A stretch of DNA of 64,000 bases, taken from NCBI GenBank assembly GCA_018692925.1, contig JABHLH010000019.1, forward strand, positions 63,322 to 127,321, written 5' to 3'. The DNA is from an archaeon. GTDB lineage: Archaea; Nanobdellota; Nanobdellia; SCGC-AAA011-G17; GW2011-AR17. Of this stretch, positions 36,021 to 45,951 are shown one piece after another. Both the position numbers and the translations under genes were made by a program. The stretch's first letter is position 1; every line of letters begins with the position of its first letter. The notes below the pieces were generated by a model that worked only from the letters and a program-made list of their open reading frames with translations, was not told the DNA's origin and did not search any database.

Positions 36021-36767
36021 ATGAAATATACTATAGTAATTTGTAATGATGATGCTGGACAAAATATCAAAGGTTTTCTAGATGAATTTAAAATGAGTTA
36101 CTATGAAGTAGATAAGAGCTGTTTAGATTGTGAAAATATTGATGAAGAAGTTGAAGGAGATGTATATATTTTTGCAACTACACATAAATCAGAAAAAGGA
36201 GATGTAAGTTTAACTGTGCATGCTCCAGGGAATTTTGGAAAAGCTGAGTTAGGTGGAAAAGATAAAGAGCTATGTGTTGCTCCTGCTTCTTTGATTAAAA
36301 AAATGTATTTAGAGTTGAAGAAAAGATTTGAAGGAGTAGTTAGCTTAGAAGTAACTCACCATGGACCCTTTATGAAAAAACCAGCCTGTTTTCTAGAAAT
36401 TGGATCTTCTGAAAAAGAATGGAATGATAAAGAACTAGGGAAAATAATTGCTGAAGTTCTTAGAGATAGTTTAGGTAAAGAAGAAAAGTGTAAAACATTA
36501 ATAGGAATTGGTGGAAATCATTATCCTCATGACTTTAATAAAATTCTAGATAGAACTGAATATGCAATAGGTCATATTTGTCCAAAGTATAATTTAGAGA
36601 ATTTAGATGAGAATATGTTGAAACAAATGTTAGAAAGAAATTTAGAAGAAGTAGATTTAGTTGCAGTAGATTGGAAAGGTTTAGGACAAAATAAAGCTAA
36701 AGTAAAAGAACTATTAGAAAAGTTAAATATAAAATATAAAAAAACAAAAGAATTGAGGTCAGTCTAA
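36021..36767 (+). CDS. dtdA: D-aminoacyl-tRNA deacylase, archaeal type (DtdA/DTD2)
   Basis: Blocks ATHHGP-like EVTHHGP, EIGSSEKEW, GIGGNHY, GHICPKY, VDWKG all match archaeal DtdA. Confidence 0.85.
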   Translation: MKYTIVICNDDAGQNIKGFLDEFKMSYYEVDKSCLDCENIDEEVEGDVYIFATTHKSEKGDVSLTVHAPGNFGKAELGGKDKELCVAPASLIKKMYLELKKRFEGVVSLEVTHHGPFMKKPACFLEIGSSEKEWNDKELGKIIAEVLRDSLGKEEKCKTLIGIGGNHYPHDFNKILDRTEYAIGHICPKYNLENLDENMLKQMLERNLEEVDLVAVDWKGLGQNKAKVKELLEKLNIKYKKTKELRSV

Positions 36768-36974
36768 TTTCTTTTTAATTAAGAAATAGTATACAGCAGC
36801 ACCGATAACTCCAGCTAATAAAACTACAATTATCCAAAGTACTTTGTCATTCTCGCCTTCAAAATTTTCTCTTTTAACTACATCAATGATCATCCATATC
36901 CAAAAAACTAAGAATGCAATAGGGATTAACATTAATACAATTGTAAGAAGTATCATTAATATTTCCATTATCAT
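36759..36974 (-). CDS. small membrane protein, PLDc_N (phospholipase-D-nuclease N-terminal) domain-like
   Basis: 71 aa with FWIWMIIDVVKR...KVLWIIVVLLAGVIGAAVYYF, the PLDc_N pattern (W.i.D....f....K.lW...I.....lG...Y). Confidence 0.45.
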   Translation of the reverse strand: MIMEILMILLTIVLMLIPIAFLVFWIWMIIDVVKRENFEGENDKVLWIIVVLLAGVIGAAVYYFLIKKKLD

Positions 36975-36999
36975 TTTAATTAATTAAAGGGGAGAGAGT

Positions 37000-37965
37000 T
37001 TAAAAAGTTTTCTTGTGCCATTCCCAGGCAGAACTAATGATACTATTAAGATCTTCTTGAGATTCCCAATTAAAAATATCTTTTATTTTTTCTGCAGAAG
37101 CAACTAAAGTTGTTGGATCACCATCTCTTCTTGAAGATTCTATTGCAGGAATAGGATGTCCAGTAACCTCTCTACATTTGTCAATTATTTCTTTAACAGA
37201 AAATCCCTTACCAGTACCAACATTTAATTTTAAACTAGTATTTTTTTCTTCTAAATGTTTTAATGCTAATACATGAGCCTTTGCTAAATCTAAAACATGA
37301 ATATAATCTCTAATACAAGTACCATCCAGTGTTTGATAATCTGTACCAAATATTTTAATGTGTTCTCTTTTTCCTAAAGCTACATCTAATACTAAAGGGA
37401 TTAAATGTGTTTCAGGTTTATGCTCTTCACCTAAACCAAAAGCTGCACCACAAGCATTGAAATATCTTAAACAAATATTTTTCATCCCATAAACTTCAAA
37501 AGAATCTAAAATGTTCTCAAACATTAATTTACTTGAGCCATAAAAGTTAGTAGGAATTTTTTTAGAATTTTCAGTTATAGGATTTTCTTCAGGTTCTCCA
37601 TAAACTGCAGCAGTAGAAGAAAAAACTATCTTTTTTACATTATGTTCAATCATAACTTTTAATAAATTTAAACCAGCAAAAGTATTGTTATTATAAAATT
37701 TATAAGGGTCAGCCATAGATTCACCAGCTTCGATATAACCTGAAAAATGAACAACAGCATCAATCTGATTCTCAGAAAATACTTTTCTAATATCAGAAAT
37801 ATTTCTTAAATCAATTTGGTAAAATTTAACATTTTCAGGAATATTTTTTTGAACGCCATTATCAAAGTTGTCTATAATAAGCACATTATAATTATTTTCT
37901 AAAAGAAGATGAACAGTATGACTACCAATATAACCAGCACCACCAGTTACTAAGATTGTCTTCAT
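37000..37965 (-). CDS. galE: UDP-glucose 4-epimerase
   Basis: N-terminal VTGGAGYIGSH, NAD-binding Rossmann, YxxxK-type SDR extended family, GalE length. Confidence 0.85.
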   Translation of the reverse strand: MKTILVTGGAGYIGSHTVHLLLENNYNVLIIDNFDNGVQKNIPENVKFYQIDLRNISDIRKVFSENQIDAVVHFSGYIEAGESMADPYKFYNNNTFAGLNLLKVMIEHNVKKIVFSSTAAVYGEPEENPITENSKKIPTNFYGSSKLMFENILDSFEVYGMKNICLRYFNACGAAFGLGEEHKPETHLIPLVLDVALGKREHIKIFGTDYQTLDGTCIRDYIHVLDLAKAHVLALKHLEEKNTSLKLNVGTGKGFSVKEIIDKCREVTGHPIPAIESSRRDGDPTTLVASAEKIKDIFNWESQEDLNSIISSAWEWHKKTF

Positions 37966-39329
37966 TTTATTATGTTTGGTCTCCCAATTGCATGATATGA
38001 AAAGTTTGTATCTTGTATTTGAGTATAATTTAATAAGTCCTTACCATCAAAAATAACTTTTGCTTTCATTTTTTCTTCTAAAGCATGAAAATCAGGTAGA
38101 CGATAAGTTTTCCAATCATTTAAAATAATTAAAGCATCAGAATTATTAACTGCTTCATATTTATCTTTGAATAATTTAAAATTAGTTAAATCTATTTTTT
38201 TATGTTGCATCTCTCTTAAAAATTCTTCATTAGCCTCAGGATCGTGAGCATGAACAATAGCACCTTGTTCTAATAATTTTGGAATTACTTCAACAGAAGC
38301 AGCATCTCTAGTATCATTAGTTTCTTTTTTGAAAGATAAACCCCAAATAGTAAATTGTTTTCCTGTAAGATCAGTATTATAAATTTTATCTAAAGTTCTA
38401 TTTATTTCTAACCTTTGGTGCCTGTTTTGAGTTAATATTTGATCTAAAACAATAAAATCTTGTTCGTTACCACCCATATCTTTTATTGTGTGATATAACT
38501 GTGAAACATCTTTATCAAAACAACTTCCACCAAAACCTAAACCAGGATGAACAAATTTTCCAATTCTAATGTCGTCTAGAATTGCTGGAATCATGTCTCT
38601 CCAATTTGCACCAGACTTTTTTGCAATGTTAGCAAAGATATTAGTTAGTACAACTTGAGAAGCTAAATAAGCATTACAAACATATTTTGTTAACTCGGAA
38701 CTTTCAGGAGACATAAAATAAATTTTTTCTTGTTGTGTTAAAAAGAATGGAGCATATAAGTCTCTCATTATTTTTTTTGCTCTCTCAGAATTTACACCTA
38801 CAATAATTCTTTTAGGCATTGTTGAATCTCTTACAGCTCTACCTTCAGCTAAAGTTTCAGGATTAGAAACAACATCAAAATCTCCAGAATAATATCCTTG
38901 GATTATATTTTCAACTTTTTTTGCAGTGCCAACAGGAACAGTACTTTTGTTTACTAAAATTTTGTAAGAAGCATTTAATTGTAAAGATTTTCCAAGCATG
39001 TGAGCTACACTTTCAACGTATTTTAAATCCGCTTTACCATCTGCATCAGGAGGAGTTCCTACACAAGAAAAAATAACAGTAGATGCATTTATTGCAGCTT
39101 CAGCATTTGTTGTGAATTTTAAAAAAGATTTTTCATAAGCTCTTCTTAAAAGTTCTGGAAGGCCAGGTTCATGAATATGTAACTTTGATGATCTTCCTTC
39201 ACAAAAATCTATCAAAGATTGAATCCTTTCAGCATTTACATCAAAAAGTATTACATTATTGTCTTGACTAGACATTGTAGCAGCATGTACTACACCAACA
39301 AATCCCGCCCCTGCGATTGCAATGTTCAT
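37962..39329 (-). CDS. UDP-glucose/UDP-sugar 6-dehydrogenase family protein
   Basis: IAIAGAGFVGVV Rossmann and catalytic GFGGSCFDKD motif. 455 aa. Confidence 0.8.
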   Translation of the reverse strand: MNIAIAGAGFVGVVHAATMSSQDNNVILFDVNAERIQSLIDFCEGRSSKLHIHEPGLPELLRRAYEKSFLKFTTNAEAAINASTVIFSCVGTPPDADGKADLKYVESVAHMLGKSLQLNASYKILVNKSTVPVGTAKKVENIIQGYYSGDFDVVSNPETLAEGRAVRDSTMPKRIIVGVNSERAKKIMRDLYAPFFLTQQEKIYFMSPESSELTKYVCNAYLASQVVLTNIFANIAKKSGANWRDMIPAILDDIRIGKFVHPGLGFGGSCFDKDVSQLYHTIKDMGGNEQDFIVLDQILTQNRHQRLEINRTLDKIYNTDLTGKQFTIWGLSFKKETNDTRDAASVEVIPKLLEQGAIVHAHDPEANEEFLREMQHKKIDLTNFKLFKDKYEAVNNSDALIILNDWKTYRLPDFHALEEKMKAKVIFDGKDLLNYTQIQDTNFSYHAIGRPNIIK

Positions 39330-39375
39330 ATTGAAGAATCTGAGATTTGGCTTTATAAGTTTTATGTAGATCTGA

Positions 39376-40161
39376 TTAGATTATAGAATTATTTATGTCA
39401 GTCCTACAAGAACATTCTGTAAAAACTAATCGAGGTAAGACAGTTTTTATTAAAGATTTTACTTTATCTGAATTTTCTTTCATTACTCTTAAAACTTCTT
39501 CAAAGGTTACTGCTGCTGTGCTTTCTCTCCAACAGTCATAATCTGTACTCATAGCAATAGAAGCGTAACAAATGCCAGCTTCCCTAGCTAAAACTACTTC
39601 TGGAACTGTTGACATGTTAATTATGTCTGCATTCCAAGATCTAAACATATGAGATTCTGCTTTTGTAGAAAATCTTGGACCTTCAATTGTAATAACTGTC
39701 CCTTTATTATGAATATCAAAATTTAATTCTGTTGCTGTAGCAATTAACATTGTTCTTAACTTATTACAAAAAGGTTCAGCCATAGGAATATGACAAACTT
39801 GGTTTTTATCATAAAAAGTTGATGCTCTCTTTGTTGTTCTGTCAATGAATTGATCTGGGAAAACTAAATGACCTGGTTTGATCTCTTCTCTTAATGATCC
39901 AACTGCAGTTGTTGCAATAATGTGTGTGCAGCCAAGTTCTTTTAGTGCCCAAATGTTTGCTCTGGAATTTACATTGGAAGGCATGATCTGATGTTTGGAT
40001 CCATGCCTTGCTAAAATAGCTACCTCAATCCCTTGTAAAAATCCTAGTGTGATTGAAGAAGAAGGTTGACCATATGGAGTCTGTATATCTAATTTTTTGT
40101 AACTCTCTAAAAGATTAGGGTCATCTAAACCAGATCCACCAATTATGCCAACTTTTATCAT
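39376..40161 (-). CDS. mtnP: 5'-methylthioadenosine/purine nucleoside phosphorylase
   Basis: [28 protein letters not shown] match the MTAP/PNP family. Confidence 0.85.
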   Translation of the reverse strand: MIKVGIIGGSGLDDPNLLESYKKLDIQTPYGQPSSSITLGFLQGIEVAILARHGSKHQIMPSNVNSRANIWALKELGCTHIIATTAVGSLREEIKPGHLVFPDQFIDRTTKRASTFYDKNQVCHIPMAEPFCNKLRTMLIATATELNFDIHNKGTVITIEGPRFSTKAESHMFRSWNADIINMSTVPEVVLAREAGICYASIAMSTDYDCWRESTAAVTFEEVLRVMKENSDKVKSLIKTVLPRLVFTECSCRTDINNSII

Positions 40162-40257
40162 GGAAATAGAAAGAATCTTTGAGTTTTAAAAGAATATTTG
40201 TGTTGGAACATACATAGAAATCCTTATAAAGAATATTAAAGTTTTATTGGATAACTG

Positions 40258-40362
40258 GGATAGTAGTTTAACTTGGCTAGAGCAGTCGGCTCCAACCCGA
40301 CAGATCGGGGAAACAATCTACGTTAAGGAGAATGTTCCGAAATTCAAATCCCTGCTATCCCA
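40258..40362 (+). tRNA. tRNA-Trp (CCA) with a putative ~32-nt non-canonical intron in the T-arm
   Basis: Acceptor GGGATAG/CTATCCC plus A73. Anticodon arm GTCGG-CUCCAAC-CCGAC. T-stem CGGGG/CCCTG with loop TTCAAAT. About 32 extra nt (AAACAATCTACG...CCGAAA) sit between T-stem 5' and the T-loop. D-stem is weak (GUUU/GAGC). Minus-strand reading rejected for lack of a T-arm. Confidence 0.5.
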
Positions 40363-41032
40363 TGTTTTTTTTTAAAGTTTTATATTTTTTTAACTTTCTT
40401 TCATTTTTAGGCTCGATATACTTAAAGAAATTTTTTACACTTGAATTTTTTCGAATTACTACTTGATGAACATTACCTCTGCAAATATAGGAAGATATAT
40501 TAAATTTTTTTAATCCCTCATGAATATCTTGTGCAAATACATAAGATTTCATTGAATATTTTATCAGAATATAATTATAACCTTTATCTTTTTGTAAAGT
40601 TACACAACCATCAGTATCAAATAAACCTCTAAGAAATGCAGCAAGATGAGAATTTTTGGAAAGTATAGAAAGTGGCAATCTTAGATCCTTTTTAGGACCA
40701 ATTGGACATTGAAGAAAAATTGAAAGAAAATTAAAGATTGTTTTTGATCTCCCCCTTAAAGTATAACAATTAGCAAAAATTTCGTGTTTTAAATAAATTC
40801 CAAATAATTCTTTAAATAATTGATCTATTCTTGCCATATATTTAGTATCGAACCTAGAGTCACCAGAATATGTAAAACAATAATCTGATTTTTTAGAATC
40901 ACACCTTAAACATCCATCACCATAATGAATACCTAAGAACTCAGAAAGTTTTATATCCATTTTTTTAGGAAGAATAATCTCTCTAGAAAAATCATTTCTG
41001 CCTCTTTTTATAATTGTTGTATCAAAATTCAT
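40355..41032 (-). CDS. LAGLIDADG-family homing endonuclease (double-motif, free-standing)
   Basis: Two LAGLIDADG motifs: LGIHYGDGC and LRGLFDTDGCV. The stop codon overlaps the 3' end of the tRNA-Trp gene. Confidence 0.75.
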   Translation of the reverse strand: MNFDTTIIKRGRNDFSREIILPKKMDIKLSEFLGIHYGDGCLRCDSKKSDYCFTYSGDSRFDTKYMARIDQLFKELFGIYLKHEIFANCYTLRGRSKTIFNFLSIFLQCPIGPKKDLRLPLSILSKNSHLAAFLRGLFDTDGCVTLQKDKGYNYILIKYSMKSYVFAQDIHEGLKKFNISSYICRGNVHQVVIRKNSSVKNFFKYIEPKNERKLKKYKTLKKNMG

Positions 41033-41116
41033 TAATTATATTTGAAGAATAAGAGTTAATAAAAATTTATTAGAAAAAATTGAAAATCTTTCGAAGTTTT
41101 TGAAAAATTTCCAGAA

Positions 41117-41566
41117 TTAGAATTGATTAGGAGTTGTTTGTGTACTAATTGGTCTAATTTCTATTCTTATATTAGGTTGAGTTCTATAAACATAATTATC
41201 TCCATTATATTCTAATTCTTCAGAAGCATATCCAGTAATAACTGTTTTAGAAGATTGGAAATCATAAATAAAAGTATAATCTGGATCTTGATCTAACTCT
41301 TCTAAATAAATATTAAAGTAATTTTCAAAATTTATTACAAAATTAGAATCAGATGCTTCCTTTGCAGCAATTTTAGCAGAAAGTTCTATATAATAAATAT
41401 CTTTTTCAGCTTCAAAATAAGTATTGAACACCTCAATTTGTTTTTCACCTAAATATAAATCTGAACCACCAGGAGAATTTTTTCCAGTATTACCATAGAA
41501 CATAAAAATTGCTATTATAAAACCTAAACAAACAATGTACATAAAAACGGCAGCTTTTTTATTCAT
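41117..41566 (-). CDS. hypothetical N-terminally anchored protein (pilus-locus member)
   Basis: N-terminal MNKKAAVFMYIVCLGFIIAIFMF with one TM, in an operon with pilin-like genes. Confidence 0.4.
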   Translation of the reverse strand: MNKKAAVFMYIVCLGFIIAIFMFYGNTGKNSPGGSDLYLGEKQIEVFNTYFEAEKDIYYIELSAKIAAKEASDSNFVINFENYFNIYLEELDQDPDYTFIYDFQSSKTVITGYASEELEYNGDNYVYRTQPNIRIEIRPISTQTTPNQF

Positions 41567-42159
41567 TCTCTAACCTCCAATACAACTTTTAATTTTTTAT
41601 TACCATCAACATCAGGAATAAATATTTCAGCACTTTGAGGCTGTGATAACAAATAAGGATTTGTAGCTCCAGAAAGAGCATAAGCAGTTGCTTCTAGAGT
41701 ATCAATACCAGAACAAAAAAAAACATATTCATTATTTTCATTAATCAAATAAAATTCCCAATAACCCGAAATAGGTTCTAAATTTTCACTTAGTTTAGAT
41801 TTTAAATTAGCATCACAATTTAAACTTTTAGTAAATGCTAAACTTAAGAAATCTTTGAATAAAAAGTCATCTTGGGGGTCGGGATGATTCCTATCCATGT
41901 AAGAGAGTATTTCACCAAAAGTATAATCTTCATTTACTTGTACTTTTAAAACATTAATTAGATCAGTTTCTAAAAATTCTGTATCATAAGCACTAATTTC
42001 ATCATTGTTTGGAAGAACAGTATCTAAAATTGCTCCAATACTAAACTTTGAAATTACATTGAAAGCTATTAATATTAAAACTATAACAGCAATAAGAACT
42101 AAAGAAGTTCCAAACTCAGTCCAATCATCCATCATTGCAAAACCTTTTTTCTTTAACAT
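41563..42159 (-). CDS. pilin-like protein (class III signal peptide candidate)
   Basis: MLKKKGFAMMDDWTEFGTSLVLIAVIVLILIA: basic residues, G, then a hydrophobic segment. Confidence 0.4.
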   Translation of the reverse strand: MLKKKGFAMMDDWTEFGTSLVLIAVIVLILIAFNVISKFSIGAILDTVLPNNDEISAYDTEFLETDLINVLKVQVNEDYTFGEILSYMDRNHPDPQDDFLFKDFLSLAFTKSLNCDANLKSKLSENLEPISGYWEFYLINENNEYVFFCSGIDTLEATAYALSGATNPYLLSQPQSAEIFIPDVDGNKKLKVVLEVRE

Positions 42160-42635
42160 TCTGTAATTTCAAAATGGAATTCTAAAATGGAACTCTCAAT
42201 CTCCCCTTTATTGTAAACTTGAACTAATTTGTTTATTGTTTGTTTATTATTAAATTCGTTTGAACCAATTGAATTGGAGTTTAAAGTTAATCCTATTTTT
42301 GTATCAATAAATCTTCGCATAATTTCAAATTCAATATGATCAGGATCTAAATAAGTAAAGCAAGAACTTAAAGATTCATTTGTATATTTATCCATATCAA
42401 TTGTACCTACGACAGTTCTTTCTGTATCTTCGTCATAATAAGTCATACAACTTGAATCAGTTAATACTTTTGCCATCATAATTTCATGATAAAACGGATC
42501 TACACATTCCACCTTAATTTTTTGACTCTCAGTAGTTATATTTATGAAAGCAAGAAATAACATAGAAATTACAACAATAGCAACAATAAAATAAAGCATT
42601 TTTCCTCCAAGCATCTGACCTTTATTGGTTTTCAT
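42153..42635 (-). CDS. pilin-like protein (class III signal peptide candidate)
   Basis: MKTNKGQMLGGKMLYFIVAIVVISMLF. Confidence 0.4.
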   Translation of the reverse strand: MKTNKGQMLGGKMLYFIVAIVVISMLFLAFINITTESQKIKVECVDPFYHEIMMAKVLTDSSCMTYYDEDTERTVVGTIDMDKYTNESLSSCFTYLDPDHIEFEIMRRFIDTKIGLTLNSNSIGSNEFNNKQTINKLVQVYNKGEIESSILEFHFEITEC

Positions 42636-42969
42636 AAGTTAAGTCTCCATTTTTAGATTCAAAATGTAAAGTATAATTATTAAAATAATTCTTTAACTTA
42701 GGATTTTTTATTACAGAAACTGTAGAGTCGTCTATTTCAACTTCATAAGTAGATTTGATTTTATAGTCATATTCAATATAACCTGGTGAAGCTGATAGAG
42801 TTTCAGAAAGTAAAGATAAATCTTCTTGTAAATAAAAATGATTAATATTTGAATAAGAATCAGGGTTCATTGCTAAAGAGAGCAAAATACCAACAATTAA
42901 AATTCCCAAAACTAATTCTATAATGTAATAAGACTGAAGTTCAACACCAGCCTGCCCTCTTTTATTCAT
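42622..42969 (-). CDS. pilin-like protein (class III signal peptide, E at +5)
   Basis: MNKRGQAGVELQSYYIIELVLGILIVGILL: KRG, then Glu at +5, then a hydrophobic helix. Confidence 0.45.
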   Translation of the reverse strand: MNKRGQAGVELQSYYIIELVLGILIVGILLSLAMNPDSYSNINHFYLQEDLSLLSETLSASPGYIEYDYKIKSTYEVEIDDSTVSVIKNPKLKNYFNNYTLHFESKNGDLTYENQ

Positions 42970-43041
42970 AAGATTTTATTAGCCTTTTTTATTTATATAA
43001 TTATAGGAAGATTTAAAATGTTTTAAACTAAAGAAATTAAT

Positions 43042-43245
43042 ATGAAAGATGGTCATAGAAGAAGTTTTGTAAAAACAATTAGCTATAGATTTTCTTCAAC
43101 AATTCTTACAGCAGTTATTGTATTTATTTTTACAAGAGATTTTACTCTTTCCTTAGGTGTAGGTGCAGCTGAGTGGATATTCAAATCATTATGGTATTAT
43201 TTCCATGAAAGAATGTGGAATTGGTATAAATGGGGTAAACATTAA
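43042..43245 (+). CDS. DUF2061-like small membrane protein
   Basis: 67 aa with RRSFVKTISYRFSSTIL...FHERMW, resembling DUF2061. The only + strand gene inside the minus-strand pilus operon. Confidence 0.4.
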   Translation: MKDGHRRSFVKTISYRFSSTILTAVIVFIFTRDFTLSLGVGAAEWIFKSLWYYFHERMWNWYKWGKH

Positions 43246-44267
43246 ACAAAAGCTTCATCTTCTTGAACATTAGAAAAATCATAATCATAAGGAACAATTA
43301 CCATTTGAGAATCTTTTACTAATAAAGTTGGTGAGACTCTAATTTGAACATTTTTATTTAGGTCACCATTAATAAAAGGAGATAAGTAAGTGTAAGTATT
43401 TGTTTCTGTGTCTATTACATCCCCAACTCCAACAACTTCTGTAATCTCTACACTGTATAAAGTAAAAGCTTCAGCACCAGCTAACTCATTTGAAAATTCT
43501 GCTACATGAGTGATTTTTGTTTCAATAGAATGAGAACTCAAAATACTTTTTGTAGATAAATCAATAAGTTCAATCTTACTAGGATATATATTAAATCCGC
43601 TTTCTTCACCTAAGAAATCTAAATCTAACTCACATTTTGAGTCTCCAGTATTTTGTAAACAAGATTCATAAGTTTCAATTTCTTCTTCAAAATTAGAAGC
43701 AAGTAATTGTTCTTTTACTGTTACACAAGCATTATCTTCACAAAAATAAATAGTGTTATCTAACCTTTCATAAGAAACAAACACAACTGCATCTTCTTCC
43801 CCCTCTCTAAGAACACCATTTGAAGGACAAGTTTTATCCAGAAAACTTAATACACTATCACTAAATTTATTACAAGCAATAGGATCATCTATACAAATAT
43901 CTTCTAAGTCAGAAATAATTGAAAAAAATGGACCCTTACATAAACATAAACAAGGAGAATTCTCACACAAATCTTGAGGAACTGTAATCTCTTCTTTACA
44001 AGGTTTTTCTGTACCTTCAAAATCTCCGCCATTATTAAAAGAAACTAAATAATAACCTTCATGTAAATTAAATAAAGTTGTATTAGAAATACCAGATTCT
44101 AAATTTTCAAGATTAAAAACTAATGATTCGAAACTCTGAGAAGTTTCAGAAGAGTCTAAAAGTTCTGTTCCGATAATTACAGAAGTTGCAATACCAACTA
44201 CAGCAATAATCATTGTTACAGTTACTAAAATTAAGTAGTCTGTTGTACCCCTTTTTGTAGATATCAT
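43242..44267 (-). CDS. pilin-like/minor pilin protein with Cys-rich ectodomain
   Basis: MISTKRGTTDYLILVTVTMIIAVVG, then a 300-aa Cys-rich domain. Confidence 0.4.
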   Translation of the reverse strand: MISTKRGTTDYLILVTVTMIIAVVGIATSVIIGTELLDSSETSQSFESLVFNLENLESGISNTTLFNLHEGYYLVSFNNGGDFEGTEKPCKEEITVPQDLCENSPCLCLCKGPFFSIISDLEDICIDDPIACNKFSDSVLSFLDKTCPSNGVLREGEEDAVVFVSYERLDNTIYFCEDNACVTVKEQLLASNFEEEIETYESCLQNTGDSKCELDLDFLGEESGFNIYPSKIELIDLSTKSILSSHSIETKITHVAEFSNELAGAEAFTLYSVEITEVVGVGDVIDTETNTYTYLSPFINGDLNKNVQIRVSPTLLVKDSQMVIVPYDYDFSNVQEDEAFV

Positions 44268-44449
44268 TCTAAAGCTAATCCTTCAGTTGCTTGTCCTAAC
44301 TCTGATCCTAAAGTAGAAGATGTTCCACTTAGAGTATCAACAAAACCAGCAATTTGATCTTGGAAGATAATAGCAACAACAATTAAAACCATTAAAGCTA
44401 GAATCAGTAAGATCATAAACCTTAGAGTTAGTTCACCTTTTTTTGTCAT
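44264..44449 (-). CDS. small pilin-like protein
   Basis: MTKKGELTLRFMILLILALMVLIVVAIIF. Confidence 0.45.
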   Translation of the reverse strand: MTKKGELTLRFMILLILALMVLIVVAIIFQDQIAGFVDTLSGTSSTLGSELGQATEGLALE

Positions 44450-44485
44450 AATTAAAATAAAAAGAATAAAAGTATTTAAAAGTTA

Positions 44486-44827
44486 CTAGGTAGAGCTTTT
44501 ACTTTTACACTCATTATCACTATTCCAAACTTTATTTAATTCTTCGAAATAATCACAATTTTTAACTGATTTACCTTGAGTGTCTTCTAAATCATCTGGG
44601 AAACCTGGGTTATCCCAACCACCTATATTATCCGTTGAACAGTATAAACTACATTTTGATTTGTATAAAGCCAATTGTTCTGCTGATGTTGAACCAACTT
44701 CTTCTGTCTGTTTAAATAAGTTACTTAATCCTCCTGTGAAGAATAAAGCAACAAGGATCAAAGCAATTAAAGCAAGTACTGCTAAAATTACAAAGTTTAA
44801 AGAAATATCCATACCTTTTTTATTCAT
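44486..44827 (-). CDS. pilin-like protein
   Basis: MNKKGMDISLNFVILAVLALIALILV, then a Cys-containing ectodomain. Confidence 0.45.
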   Translation of the reverse strand: MNKKGMDISLNFVILAVLALIALILVALFFTGGLSNLFKQTEEVGSTSAEQLALYKSKCSLYCSTDNIGGWDNPGFPDDLEDTQGKSVKNCDYFEELNKVWNSDNECKSKSST

Positions 44828-44876
44828 TGTGTTACACCTCTGAGTATATTTATATGAGAGAGATATTTAAAGTTTT

Positions 44877-45734
44877 CTATCTGACACTTTCAATATTATG
44901 ACAATAAGTTACATCTGATCCTCTAAAGAAGTTTGTAACTTCGGTACGATCCCCTACACTTATTCCAAAACCATGAAAATTATCTGAAGAATAAATTTCA
45001 ATTGGTCGCTCAATCATTTCTGTTAAAATACAAATTTTAGTATCATCTATTTTGTAAAAGATTGGTGCAGACTTTAGTGTATAAGAATAACTAGAAGTAT
45101 CATCACAAGCAGGAGGCCAACCTAAACAAACATTTGTTTCAATTTTTTTATCTTCATAAAATTCAAAAGTATAATCTGCACCTTGTTCATTAGGCCATTT
45201 ATCTGTCCTTTCATCTTGCCAATAAAGATATAGATGATTTATAGAGGCTTGATAATTACCCAAGATCTGAAAATTATCCGGAAAGATACAACCTAACTCA
45301 TTATTTGAACCAGTATTTTTATTACTTACAAAAAGACCTAAAGTATAAGGTTTTGTTTCTCTAGCTTCGTAGGTATTATCTAAAGCATTTAATACTGAAA
45401 CTGCAGAAGCTCCTTGAGAGTAAGAGTTTTGAATTAAATAAAATGAAGATTCTGAAACAGTACCCAAAGTTTGAGAATAGCAAAGACAATCCGTTCCGGC
45501 AATCGTGTTAAAACCCCCATAACAATAATCCTCAATGTTTGAAAATAATTTTTCAAAAGATGCTACAGTTTGAGATGTTGCTTCAGCTTCATCATCAACT
45601 ACAAAAACTTTATCAAAAGAATCTATAATAATACTGAAGATTTCACTAGATTGTTCATTAAATACAACCCCCATTACAAAAATGATTATAAGAATTATAA
45701 GTGCCGCAATAATAGTGTTACTCATTTCTGCCAT
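44877..45734 (-). CDS. N-terminally anchored pilus-locus protein
   Basis: MAEMSNTIIAALIILIIIFVMGVVF, then a 250-aa ectodomain. Confidence 0.4.
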   Translation of the reverse strand: MAEMSNTIIAALIILIIIFVMGVVFNEQSSEIFSIIIDSFDKVFVVDDEAEATSQTVASFEKLFSNIEDYCYGGFNTIAGTDCLCYSQTLGTVSESSFYLIQNSYSQGASAVSVLNALDNTYEARETKPYTLGLFVSNKNTGSNNELGCIFPDNFQILGNYQASINHLYLYWQDERTDKWPNEQGADYTFEFYEDKKIETNVCLGWPPACDDTSSYSYTLKSAPIFYKIDDTKICILTEMIERPIEIYSSDNFHGFGISVGDRTEVTNFFRGSDVTYCHNIESVR

Positions 45735-45735
45735 T

Positions 45736-45951
45736 TTATTTCCCTAGCGCTCCTGTAATAAGATGTTTGATTGCTTCAATTGCTTTTTCTTTTAATGTTG
45801 AAGAAAAAAACACAATTGCAATTAAGACAATAATTATTAATATGAATGCAGCGATATATTCCCAAGCAAGTTCTCCCTTTTTACTAGGCAATATTTCCTT
45901 CATCCAATGGTGGACCATAAGATAAACACCCCCTATCATCTGGGTCTTCAC
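45736..45951 (-). CDS. small Flp-like pilin candidate
   Basis: SKKGELAWEYIAAFILIIIVLIAIVFF matches the G-x4-EY Flp/Tad prepilin motif plus a hydrophobic helix. The true start may be the internal MKEIL. Confidence 0.45.
   Translation of the reverse strand: MKTQMIGGVYLMVHHWMKEILPSKKGELAWEYIAAFILIIIVLIAIVFFSSTLKEKAIEAIKHLITGALGK

Noticed and set aside
40258-40362. Minus-strand reading of the tRNA region as tRNA-Pro (UGG), since the anticodon stem is palindromic.
   Set aside because: The minus-strand reading lacks a plausible T-arm (no TTCRANY loop or stem), whereas the plus strand gives a CGGGG/CCCTG stem with a TTCAAAT loop. Plus-strand Trp preferred.
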